Below are positions 7,886-17,266 of a DNA stretch of 64,000 nt, one piece after another; positions within the stretch are counted from its first letter, which is position 1; the number at the start of each line of letters is the position of its first letter. Where the stretch lies: assembly GCA_011605725.1 (NCBI GenBank), contig JAAOZP010000017.1, forward strand, positions 128,001 through 192,000, given 5' to 3'. Source of the stretch: Nitrososphaerota archaeon. Lineage in GTDB: Archaea > Thermoproteota > EX4484-205 > JAAOZP01. The notes beneath the pieces are model-generated. The model saw nothing but the letters and a program-made list of their open reading frames with translations. It was not told where the DNA came from and did not search any database. A program made the translations under genes and the position numbers.

Positions 7886-10800
7886 ATATGTAGCTTGCTT
7901 TCTCAGCCGCTGAGAAGGATCCCCACATTATCAGCTGTTTCCTCAACTCGTTTACAAACCTGTAGTTCGAAGTTACCCATGTGCTCTGCGGCCCGGTAAG
8001 CCTCTCCAGGTGAAGCACGACATCATATCTTTTCACCTCCTCGTTCAGCCTTGCAGCAATATCAACCCTTTGAGAAACACCTACTTCAAACGGTGAGAGG
8101 CTGACTGTCAAGCTTAACGATAGATCCTCGTAGTTCGGGGGCTGCAGCTCCTTAACCATGTGAACACCCTCTTTAACAGCTCCCGCACCAGAGAAATACT
8201 CGTGTAAATATGCTAGAAGCCCTCTTCCCTCCTCGATTGTCGAAACGCTGATGAGCAGAGGAATATCCCACTCGTTACCCTTAGGCTTAGTTTTAAACTT
8301 CCATCTCCTCTCAAGCGAGGGCGTGGCTACTTTCGAAGCCATGTAAGACGGGTATGCGGCTGCCGCTAGGGCTGACGCCATCGTTACCAAGGTTCCCAAT
8401 ATTGCGAATGCTGAGGCGAAGTTGAAAACGTGTTCAGAGGGTAGTATTCCGAGAAGCATGAATACCCTTGTCATGAAGTATCCAGCAATATACCCTACTA
8501 AAGCGCTTACTACCGCATAGACCAGAACCTCCGTCATGAAGAAAACGGTTACACCCATCGGGGATAGGCCGACGATGCTGAATATATGGACTTCCCTAAC
8601 ACGCTCCCTCAGACTGCCAAGTACTGTTGTAAATATGTTGAGCGCTCCAAGGATAACTATCATCCATATTATTTCCCACCCTCCCAGCAGCACTGTGGTG
8701 AAGGTTGAAAGCAGATACGGCTTTCCCTCATGGGAAACGTATATTGACAAGTCTAGGGAGTAGGCCAGCTCCTTAGCCAGGCTGAATACCTCTTCGAAAG
8801 ACATTTTCTCCTTCGGCACTAAGGCTATTGAAGCAATGTACCCCCCGATCATCAATGCCCTCTTGTACGGTATTATCATTGTTGTTGAAACACCGAGGTT
8901 TGGAGGAGAAGACCCGGCTTGAGCAGAGACAGCCATGTCCCTGCTTATTGTCGGGAAGAAACTCGGGTTAGCCGGGAAAATATTGTAGCCATCCGCCTCC
9001 TGTAGGAAATCAACCTCGTTTGAATCAATTATCCCGGTCACCGTGAACCTGATGCCTGAAACGTAAATAGTATCCCCTATTGTTACGCTCAAGTTAGTCG
9101 CCAGAGACCTGGATATCACCGCCTGATCAGCATCGTCGGAAAGCAGCCCACCCCTCACGATGCAGGTGCCCCTTACAATCCGGTTGAACTCCTCCACGGT
9201 CATCCCCATTATCGCAGGAATTCTCGAAGTGTTGGTTGCACTCCACACTCTGAAGGAGGTGGTCCATGCAGCCCTATCCACTGGACCGTAGATCCATACT
9301 CTCGGGAAAACATAGTATTTGTCTGCAGCGAATATTTTCGCAATATCTAGAATCTTGTCTGAAAGAATGTTCGGGGGAACACCTCTCCCCTGCTTTATTA
9401 GGATCTCATCCCTATAGGAGTTACACTCGTACCCATATCTGGTGACTGGCACAGTTACCCTCCCAGGCATCAGCGAGGTGAAGGAAGTCATGGCTATAAC
9501 CATAGTGATCAACGTTATGAAAACCAGTATTGCGCGGAAAGGCCTGCGACGCATATGTTCACTCCCTAGGGAGAAAGATATCATCGCCGTGTCAAGCCTG
9601 CTTACTTCAGCCCTGTGGACGCCGAGGACACGCTTCTCAATGCCTTTCCTAACCTCCTCGCTTATCGAAAGTATTATTATGAACACGATTAGGATGACGA
9701 TCAGTATTAGCGAGCCCATCATGCCCAGCGATATATTGCTCATTAGCCCGAATGCTGGATGCAGAATGCCGAATAAAGCTAGGAATATTGCTGAGAGAAC
9801 AGCGATTGCAACAATACGCCTTGAGCCGTGAGCCTTGATGACGAGCTTCTCAAGGAAGAAGGCGCCGAATATGACGAGGATAAACATGTAGAGGAGAGAC
9901 TTCGCCGAATCGTTTATCAAGGGCATGACTTCAACGGAGTAAGCTCTAACTGCGTATGCTCTTGCTAGAAGAGCGTAAGCATACATGCCGCTGTATTCCT
10001 TCCTAGCTAAACGCTTCTCAACCTCCTCTATGTATTTCCTAGCCTTGTTCAGCGTTTCATCCGCGCTTGGGCTCCCCATGTTTCTCTTAACCAGCTCAAG
10101 ATACCGGCCGTATGAAACGTAGTAAAGGTCTTTAGCAGTACTGAAAGTGGAGAAGCGGATCCTTTCCTTCTCCCCATAATTCACGTAGAAACCGCTTCCC
10201 TCCGTGTTTTCAAGCGAAGAATTCGTTAAAAGTATCCCAGTCGGGCTGGCGACTACGAACCTTATTCCAGGCTGAACCCAAACTATTGAAACAGGCTCCC
10301 AACCGTTAGAATAATACCCGTAGCTTATGGGCGGGCTTTTAGTAAGCATCTCAAACGAGGACACCATAACCGGTTGAGGCGGGCTCCTCCACATTTCGAA
10401 CGCGCCGGCCCTAGGGTCAATTATGCTGGGCGTCATTATGACGGTTGGGATTTCGAAATCCAACACCTCCATGGAAACAGCTTTAGCAATAACTACAGTA
10501 ACATTCTCGTAAGCGTGTAGGACAGTTATCTCAAGCGGGAAGTTCATCATGCCGAACTGTCCCAAGTCAGTAGCCATCGTGATAACGCCCTCCTCGTTGA
10601 AAACCCACCCTCTAGCGATCCATCTTGAGAATATTACTGCAGTCCCTCCTCCCCCGGCTGCGCCAGAAATAGGCACTCCATGGACGGTGAAAGACCCGTC
10701 CTCACCGCTTTTCATAACTATCCTGTTAAGCTTGTAGGTTGAAGTAACCAGTCTCACTTCAACCAGGGCACCGGGAACCCCGTCGTACCATCCTTTACTA

Positions 10801-12422
10801 TAGTTATAGATAACAACCCGGCCTTGAAGAGCAGCATACCCGGGGTATGCCCTCGTGTTGGAAAGCAGAAACCTTGTTGGCTTGATCGAGGCCCTATCTA
10901 TATTCCACTCCATCCGTAGAAGCCTGTCAACAATATGGAGGGCAAGTTGGAAGTATGGGTCTAAAACTTCTACATTAGCATAGCTCGAATCGTCAATGGG
11001 GGAGCCCACGTAAATCCTGTTTGAACGCCTGGTTGTTATGGAGAAAGCCGGTATACCTGCGATCGAAGCAGGCTCAGAATCCAGCATGAACGGTATCGGC
11101 TCAGTCCCTGAAAAAACGTTGTATTGGAAGAAGATGCTTACAAGCGAGGAGATGAATGTGCTTGACGAGGCTGAAACGTTAATGTTCGGCATTCTCCTCG
11201 CGAAGCCTCTGACTTCAGGCGTGTCAACTATACTCCCTATGGTTGTGCTAAACCATGAGAGCCTCAGCGGGAAGCCGCCGCTGTGTATGGCTGTCCCCCC
11301 GTAGGTTGAGTACTGGCTTGCGTGAAGAAGCTGAAGGCCGTCGGAGTCGCTCGCCATAAGGTCGAAATTTATGTTTCCGAGAATCGTTATCTTCCCACTG
11401 CTCACATCCCCTCTGAAAAAGTAGTCCTCGACAAACTCTCTCGAGCCGCTTAGCGCCTGCCAGTGTCCGGAGTAAAGCGTTACCCATACTGAATACCTAG
11501 GCGGGTTGGCCTTGAGGTGACGGGCATACTCGAGTAATAAAGCCAATGGTAACAGCTCAGTCTTGCTCGCCGACAAGCCTGGGACAACAGACCACGAGTC
11601 GAAATGTGCAGACAGTATGACGACCTCGTTAGGCGAAGCCGTGCCATTTATAAACCCAACTATGTTTTCAGCCTCAACCTCCCTCCAAGCCATTCGGGAA
11701 ACGATCCTAACCCGGGTGGCGGTTTTCAAAACATCCCAATCCTGCTTCTTAACGTAGACCCTCGTGAAACCCATGGGAGTATCTAGGAATTTAGCGTAGC
11801 ACTCCTGATAGGTTGTTTGCTCCGGCTCTATGAATATTACGGCCTCGGCTCCCAGGTTAACTGCTTTAAGCCAGTTATCCCGAGAATTAAACTCCATAGC
11901 AACTATGCTACCCTCCACATTCTTCCCATCTAACTCCTGCAAGTCGCCTCCCCCAGCGTAAATCAGGCTTCCAACTATCCCGCCGGACGGGGTTGGGCAA
12001 GGGTTAACACCGTTAGGATAAAGCGCGTAAGCGTTAAACCTGGCTTTAAAAGGCTCTAAAGCCTCGACATAGGTCTCCTCATCATAGGGCACCAGTACCT
12101 TATACTTGTGTTTCTGGGTCACTATCCCCACATCATTCTTAAGATAAGAGTAAAGGTATTCCAGCGTCTTGTAGTAGCCCGGGTAACCAGTCATCCTAGA
12201 ACCATAGGAAGACACTTCTGCCACAAACCTGTTCATCCAAGCCGTGTCTATCGGAAACAGTTCTTCGTCAGCTGAAACAGGACTTTTGAAAGCAGAATTC
12301 AAATCAGGCTTTAAAGATGTGTAGTATTGCTGCCCATAGATTGGTGGAACCTGTGTGACAGATATTAAGAGGATGGATAGGGAGAGAAGCAGTATCGACA
12401 TGATCTTAATCCTGCCAGCCAT
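7869..12422 (-). CDS. Giant membrane protein: signal peptide + PA domain + degenerate M28-peptidase-like domain + TM bundle + MacB-like extracytoplasmic domain + FtsX permease domain + cytoplasmic C-terminal domain
   Basis: GSRMTGYPG, IYAGGG...GAEAVIF (PA), ENIVGFING...VVILSAHFDS (M28 fold), MRRRPFRAILVFITL (MacB TM1) and SLRERVREVHIFSIVGLSP (FtsX motif). Confidence 0.85.
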   Translation of the reverse strand: MAGRIKIMSILLLSLSILLISVTQVPPIYGQQYYTSLKPDLNSAFKSPVSADEELFPIDTAWMNRFVAEVSSYGSRMTGYPGYYKTLEYLYSYLKNDVGIVTQKHKYKVLVPYDEETYVEALEPFKARFNAYALYPNGVNPCPTPSGGIVGSLIYAGGGDLQELDGKNVEGSIVAMEFNSRDNWLKAVNLGAEAVIFIEPEQTTYQECYAKFLDTPMGFTRVYVKKQDWDVLKTATRVRIVSRMAWREVEAENIVGFINGTASPNEVVILSAHFDSWSVVPGLSASKTELLPLALLLEYARHLKANPPRYSVWVTLYSGHWQALSGSREFVEDYFFRGDVSSGKITILGNINFDLMASDSDGLQLLHASQYSTYGGTAIHSGGFPLRLSWFSTTIGSIVDTPEVRGFARRMPNINVSASSSTFISSLVSIFFQYNVFSGTEPIPFMLDSEPASIAGIPAFSITTRRSNRIYVGSPIDDSSYANVEVLDPYFQLALHIVDRLLRMEWNIDRASIKPTRFLLSNTRAYPGYAALQGRVVIYNYSKGWYDGVPGALVEVRLVTSTYKLNRIVMKSGEDGSFTVHGVPISGAAGGGGTAVIFSRWIARGWVFNEEGVITMATDLGQFGMMNFPLEITVLHAYENVTVVIAKAVSMEVLDFEIPTVIMTPSIIDPRAGAFEMWRSPPQPVMVSSFEMLTKSPPISYGYYSNGWEPVSIVWVQPGIRFVVASPTGILLTNSSLENTEGSGFYVNYGEKERIRFSTFSTAKDLYYVSYGRYLELVKRNMGSPSADETLNKARKYIEEVEKRLARKEYSGMYAYALLARAYAVRAYSVEVMPLINDSAKSLLYMFILVIFGAFFLEKLVIKAHGSRRIVAIAVLSAIFLALFGILHPAFGLMSNISLGMMGSLILIVILIVFIIILSISEEVRKGIEKRVLGVHRAEVSRLDTAMISFSLGSEHMRRRPFRAILVFITLITMVIAMTSFTSLMPGRVTVPVTRYGYECNSYRDEILIKQGRGVPPNILSDKILDIAKIFAADKYYVFPRVWIYGPVDRAAWTTSFRVWSATNTSRIPAIMGMTVEEFNRIVRGTCIVRGGLLSDDADQAVISRSLATNLSVTIGDTIYVSGIRFTVTGIIDSNEVDFLQEADGYNIFPANPSFFPTISRDMAVSAQAGSSPPNLGVSTTMIIPYKRALMIGGYIASIALVPKEKMSFEEVFSLAKELAYSLDLSIYVSHEGKPYLLSTFTTVLLGGWEIIWMIVILGALNIFTTVLGSLRERVREVHIFSIVGLSPMGVTVFFMTEVLVYAVVSALVGYIAGYFMTRVFMLLGILPSEHVFNFASAFAILGTLVTMASALAAAAYPSYMASKVATPSLERRWKFKTKPKGNEWDIPLLISVSTIEEGRGLLAYLHEYFSGAGAVKEGVHMVKELQPPNYEDLSLSLTVSLSPFEVGVSQRVDIAARLNEEVKRYDVVLHLERLTGPQSTWVTSNYRFVNELRKQLIMWGSFSAAEKASYISMAKA

Positions 12423-12450
12423 GTCTTTTGTAAAAATGGAAGTAGACCGG

Positions 12451-12484
12451 CTTATAAGTTTTTAGCAAATTAAAAATTTTTATA
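12451..12484. promoter_or_regulatory. Compact divergent promoter (two BRE/TATA boxes)
   Basis: AAAACTTATAAG on the minus strand ~29 nt before ATG 12422, and AAAAATTTTTATA on the plus strand at 12472-12484. Confidence 0.6.
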
Positions 12485-12520
12485 TTGGAGCATCACGGTG
12501 GAAATCGAGGTGAAGGGCCC

Positions 12521-14434
12521 CTGACGGAAGCCTCGCAGGAATTTTCACCGGGATTGACTTGGAGAAGCATCCTAGCAATGATAATGGCTGCACTAATCTT
12601 CCTGCCCTCCTCAATATACTTATGGTTTGCAGTAGGATCCGGAGTGAGCACAGCCGCAACCTATGTGACAGCAATACTTTTCACAGCCTTAACACAGATT
12701 TACGGCAGGAGGCTTTCAAGACAGGAGCTTTTCATAATATATTCTATCGTAGGAGGAATAGGCGGAGCCATGCCCATGTACTACTGGCTTGTCTACAGGT
12801 CTTACTACGTTACTAATCCTTTAAGCCTAGAGTTCAAGCTTTTCAACACCCCATTAAGGGAATATGTTCCCACATGGATGTCTCCCCCAGCAACTTCAGT
12901 CGTCCACCAGCTGAGAACCCTGTTGCATCCAGACTGGTTTTTCGCCCTAGGCGTAAACCTTGCCTTCTCAATCCTGGGCCTGGCAGCAGAACTATCCATA
13001 GGCATACTGTTCTCCTACCTGTACGTGGTGGAGGAGCCTCTGCAATTCCCGTTCGCACAGATCGACACAGCCATGGTGAACACTCTGCACGACAGGAGGC
13101 CTCAGGACCTGCTTTACTTCATCCTGTCTCTAACGATTGGAGCAATATACGGCTTAATACTTTACCTGGCGCCTATGCTCATCGGCCCCCAGGCGCGTTT
13201 AATCCCATACCCCTGGGTTGACTTAACACCCTACACGCAGTTCTTCCTGCCTGGGGCTGTAATAGGCATAGCAACAGACCCGTTGAGCTTCCTCTACGGC
13301 ATGATCCTGCCTCCCTCGCTGACTTTCGCTATGCTCGTGGGGTCAGTAATCACATGGATCTTCGGAAACACTCTTACTCTAACAACCTTCAAAAGCTTCT
13401 CTCCCCAGTGGGTTGAGGAGTATTCACCAGGGATGGGAATATTCCTGATACTTCAGAGAGCAGGCTTAAGACTCTGGCTCTCCCTGTTCATGGGTCTATC
13501 CTTCGGCCTAGCGATCTATCTTTTAGCCGCGACAAGCAAGAAGATCCTTGCAGCTTTCAAAACACTTCCGAAAATAAGCAGGCTGAAGGGTGGGCCAGGA
13601 TATCCTTCACCAAGGATACTGCTCGCCACATTCTTCTGCTCCACCGTTTTAAGCGCACTGCTCTACAATATTCTCCTCCCGGATGTTCCATTGTGGCTCC
13701 CCATAATTGTTTCAGTAGGGTTCAGCTTCGTCCTAGCGTCTGTCGGCGCCAGGATTTATGGTGAACTCGGGCTGACCTTCTCCGCCGACTTCATATACAA
13801 CATGTGGAAAGCAGCCATATACTTCAGTCCCTACAATGGCTATGCTGGATGGATTTTCACACCCGCCATAGCGGGCTTCTCCACACCATACTTTGCAAAC
13901 TCCACAAAGGTGGCGTATGCGACTGGGACAAGACCCATGGACTATTTTAAGGCAGTCATAATATCATTCATACTGGTAACAACGTTCGGCCTTATATTTA
14001 CAGACTTCTTCTGGAGAATAGCTCCAATACCCTCCTACTTATTCCCATACGTGTACGGTATTTGGCCGAACTATGCCATCAGCGACTCGCTGTTTGCAAC
14101 CCGGCAGATACTCATAAAGCCGGACCAGATACTGATGGGAATGGGCATATCCATCGGCGTCAGTCTTGTTTCAATCCCGTTAAACAGGCTGGGAATACCG
14201 TTTAACCCGGTTGGGCTAGTCGGCGGAATGTACAGCACGCCACCCTACACGGTTATGCTGTTCCTAATGTCGCTTGTAAGCAAGTATTTAATGACGCGTA
14301 TACTCGGTCCGGAAAAATGGTTGTCAATAAGAGGCATTGTGCTAGCAGGATTTGCAGCAGGCATAGGTATTGTAGTAGCAATGGGAACCACGATCACTCT
14401 GGTTTCAAGAGCCTCATGGATATGGCCCTGGTAG
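12521..14434 (+). CDS. OPT-superfamily-like polytopic membrane protein (paralogue of 4953..7052)
   Basis: Motifs PGLTWRS, LSRQEL, VEEPLQFPFA, IPYPWVDLT and FFWRIAPIPS, with many TM segments. The ORF-track start is TTG 12485; I favour CTG 12521 (see findings). Confidence 0.75.
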   Translation: MTEASQEFSPGLTWRSILAMIMAALIFLPSSIYLWFAVGSGVSTAATYVTAILFTALTQIYGRRLSRQELFIIYSIVGGIGGAMPMYYWLVYRSYYVTNPLSLEFKLFNTPLREYVPTWMSPPATSVVHQLRTLLHPDWFFALGVNLAFSILGLAAELSIGILFSYLYVVEEPLQFPFAQIDTAMVNTLHDRRPQDLLYFILSLTIGAIYGLILYLAPMLIGPQARLIPYPWVDLTPYTQFFLPGAVIGIATDPLSFLYGMILPPSLTFAMLVGSVITWIFGNTLTLTTFKSFSPQWVEEYSPGMGIFLILQRAGLRLWLSLFMGLSFGLAIYLLAATSKKILAAFKTLPKISRLKGGPGYPSPRILLATFFCSTVLSALLYNILLPDVPLWLPIIVSVGFSFVLASVGARIYGELGLTFSADFIYNMWKAAIYFSPYNGYAGWIFTPAIAGFSTPYFANSTKVAYATGTRPMDYFKAVIISFILVTTFGLIFTDFFWRIAPIPSYLFPYVYGIWPNYAISDSLFATRQILIKPDQILMGMGISIGVSLVSIPLNRLGIPFNPVGLVGGMYSTPPYTVMLFLMSLVSKYLMTRILGPEKWLSIRGIVLAGFAAGIGIVVAMGTTITLVSRASWIWPW

Positions 14435-14510
14435 AAAACAGTGTCTGAAAACTGGTTTCCCCCTAGGCTGTGTTTTCGAACATTCAGGCCTGAAACCTGC
14501 TCCCAGTTTT

Positions 14511-14548
14511 AAGACTTATATCTTCTTGACAAAGCCTGTTTAAACAGG
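14511..14548 (+). promoter_or_regulatory. TATA box plus 14-bp perfect palindrome abutting the start codon
   Basis: AAGACTTATAT at 14511-14521 and CCTGTTTAAACAGG at 14535-14548, immediately before ATG 14549. Confidence 0.5.
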
Positions 14549-17266
14549 ATGAAGAAAACATTTTTAATCCTGCTGACAATAGGCCTGATTGCTTCTCTAA
14601 TCTTACTCCAAAACCTATTTAAACCCGTGAAGCTTGAGGAACGAGTGTTTCCCTTCTATCTCCCCTGGGATGACAGTGAGCAGACTGTGATAAGTATGAG
14701 CAGTAGTCTCCCTAAGCCGGCTGGTAGCCTTGGACACGTTTACGTTGGGGAGGACGGACACCTATATGTTAACGGTGGAAGAGTGAGGTTTCTAGGAGTC
14801 AACATCTGCGGAGGAGCATGTTTCCCTGAGAAGGATGAGGCTGAGAGGATAGCCAGAAGGCTTGCTAAATTCGGGGTCAACGTGGTGCGTTTCCACCATA
14901 TGGATGCAAACTGGGAGGTTTTTAACATATTTGACAAGACCACTGGGGGTACACGTCGCCTAAACAAGGATGCGCTCGACAGGCTTGACTACTTTATTTC
15001 AAAGCTTAAGGAGAACGGCATATATGTTGACCTGAACCTGCTCGTGTCGAGAAGGTTTACTTCTGCAGACGGCTTACCTGGAGAAGTGGAGACGGTAGAC
15101 TGGAAGGACCAGCAGGTCCTCGGGTTTTTCCTCAAAGAGTTTGAAGAGCTTGAGAAAGAGTATGCTAGGCAACTCTTAACCCATTTAAACACCTATACTG
15201 GAATGACTTACGCTGAGGACCCTGCAGTGGCCTTCGTTGAAATAGTGAACGAGCAGGGGCTTATTCATTCTTGGCTTGGCGGCGTTATCGACAGGCTTCC
15301 AAACTTTTTTAAAAACAGGCTTCAGGAGAAGTGGAACGCCTATTTGAGTTCGAAATACTTGTCTGACGAGGAGTTTAGAAAGGCGTGGAGGGTTGAAGCA
15401 GACCCGGGAGCTCAGGCCGAGGTTCTGAGAAACGGCTGCTTCGAAAATGGTTTGGAGGGATGGGTAGTTGAGGTTCATAACGGTGCGCAAGCATCCGGAA
15501 GAGTAGTTGAGGAAAACGGGGGAAGGATTCTGGAGATAAAGGTTACGAGACCCGGTTCAGAAAGCTGGCATGTGCAGTTCAACCAGCCTGGTTTAAGAAT
15601 CAGGGAGGGTGAAAACTATCTTGTCAGGTTTAGGGCTAAGGCTGATAAAACGGTTAGCGTAAGCGTGAGCCTAGTTCAGGCGCACGAGCCATGGAGGCTA
15701 GTTTCGCAAAGGGTTGAAGTATCGCTGACAACAGAGTGGAAGGAGTACGAGGTGGCTCTAGTTGCGTCAGAGTCAGAGGATAATGCTAGGCTAGACGTTT
15801 CAGGGCTCGGCGGGAACATAGCAACCTACCTTTTCTCCTGCTTCTCCATGAGGCTTTTCAGCGGGTACGGGCCGATGGAGGATGAGAGTGTTGAAAAGGC
15901 GAACGTTAGGATACTGACGCTTGCCGAATACGGCTTAAGGACGAGTGCAGCCAGGAGAGACTGGGCTGAATTCCTGTACATCACGGAGGAAGAGTTTTTC
16001 ACGGAGATGTGCAGATTCGTTAAAGATGAGCTCGGTGTGAAAGCCCTGGTGATAGGTACTGTAGTTGGGTGCAGCACGCCGAACATAATGTCTAAGCTCG
16101 ACATTGTAGACACGCATGCCTACTGGAATCATCCCTCCTTCCCAGGAACTCCCTGGGACCCTAGCAACTGGTACGTGGTTAACGAGCCGATGGTTAACAA
16201 CCCTCAGCGAAGCACTATAGTAAGCCTGGCTGTTAAGAGGGTTGTGAACAAGCCTCACTTCGTCACCGAATACAATCATCCTGCTCCGAACATGTATGAT
16301 TCTGAAACAGTCGTAACGCTAGCAGCGTATGCTGCACTGCAAGACTGGGATGGAATCTTCCTTTTCGACTACGGAAGCCGTGGCGACTGGGACTCTCGAA
16401 GGATAAGAGGGTTTTTCGATATTGACCAGCATCCCGTTAAAATGGCGAGCATGATAGCTGCGCACATGATATTCTTGAGAGGCGATGTTAGGCCTGCTGA
16501 ACAGCTTGTTTCCGTAAGGCTCGGTAGACAGGACGAAATAAACCTGATAGCGGCGGGAAAGGTTTACGCTTGGGCGCTGCCGGACGGTGGCCATATGGGT
16601 TTAAACCCATTGGTCTCCCTCACGCATAGAATAGCCGTCAGCCTCGAGGAGGAAGATTCTCGCGAGACTGGTTCCAGTGTTTCCGGGCCTGTCTACCGCT
16701 CTGACACCGAGGAGATCACTTGGGACACGTCTGAGTCTGGAAGAGGCATCATCACAATAAATACTTCGAGAAGCATAGCTGCCGTAGGCTTCACCGGGGG
16801 CAGGAGCCTAGACTTCGGAGAACTCGTTATCGAACCGGGTGAAACGCTTCTAGAAGGCTGGAGCCTCATAACAGTCTCAGTGCTGGAGGGAGAAAGCTTC
16901 GATTCCTGGAGGAGGCTGCTGGTGATAGCTGCCGGCTACGTTACTAACACTGGGATGAGGCTCCGCACGTATGAGGGGAACACAGCCTTATTAACTTGGA
17001 GACTAAACGGTTTAGCCGGTGTGAAAACAGCTGTGGAGCCCATAACCTGCGGCACTAACTGGGGTTCGGCCCCAACGCTAGTGGAGGGGGCTAGGGCAAC
17101 GCTGAAGATTAGAACGGACGGAGAAATAGAAGTATGGGCATTAGATAGCGTGGGAAAAAGAATAAAACGGGTTCAGGTTTCTAGTGAGGGACAGTATAAA
17201 GTTTTTTCAATCGGCCCCGATTTCCAAACCATCTGGTATGAGATAGCTCAATCCGAAACCGGTTAA
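14549..17266 (+). CDS. Exported clan GH-A glycoside hydrolase with a CBM4/9 inserted in the catalytic domain (GH148-like beta-glucanase architecture)
   Basis: Signal/anchor peptide, then VRFLGVN, VRFHHMD and EIVNEQG (acid/base). CBM4_9 insert LRNGCFENGLEGW...WHVQFNQ...YLVRFRAKA...LTTEWKEY. Then DTHAYWNHP, VTEYNH (nucleophile) and QDWDGIFLFDY. Confidence 0.8.
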   Translation: MKKTFLILLTIGLIASLILLQNLFKPVKLEERVFPFYLPWDDSEQTVISMSSSLPKPAGSLGHVYVGEDGHLYVNGGRVRFLGVNICGGACFPEKDEAERIARRLAKFGVNVVRFHHMDANWEVFNIFDKTTGGTRRLNKDALDRLDYFISKLKENGIYVDLNLLVSRRFTSADGLPGEVETVDWKDQQVLGFFLKEFEELEKEYARQLLTHLNTYTGMTYAEDPAVAFVEIVNEQGLIHSWLGGVIDRLPNFFKNRLQEKWNAYLSSKYLSDEEFRKAWRVEADPGAQAEVLRNGCFENGLEGWVVEVHNGAQASGRVVEENGGRILEIKVTRPGSESWHVQFNQPGLRIREGENYLVRFRAKADKTVSVSVSLVQAHEPWRLVSQRVEVSLTTEWKEYEVALVASESEDNARLDVSGLGGNIATYLFSCFSMRLFSGYGPMEDESVEKANVRILTLAEYGLRTSAARRDWAEFLYITEEEFFTEMCRFVKDELGVKALVIGTVVGCSTPNIMSKLDIVDTHAYWNHPSFPGTPWDPSNWYVVNEPMVNNPQRSTIVSLAVKRVVNKPHFVTEYNHPAPNMYDSETVVTLAAYAALQDWDGIFLFDYGSRGDWDSRRIRGFFDIDQHPVKMASMIAAHMIFLRGDVRPAEQLVSVRLGRQDEINLIAAGKVYAWALPDGGHMGLNPLVSLTHRIAVSLEEEDSRETGSSVSGPVYRSDTEEITWDTSESGRGIITINTSRSIAAVGFTGGRSLDFGELVIEPGETLLEGWSLITVSVLEGESFDSWRRLLVIAAGYVTNTGMRLRTYEGNTALLTWRLNGLAGVKTAVEPITCGTNWGSAPTLVEGARATLKIRTDGEIEVWALDSVGKRIKRVQVSSEGQYKVFSIGPDFQTIWYEIAQSETG

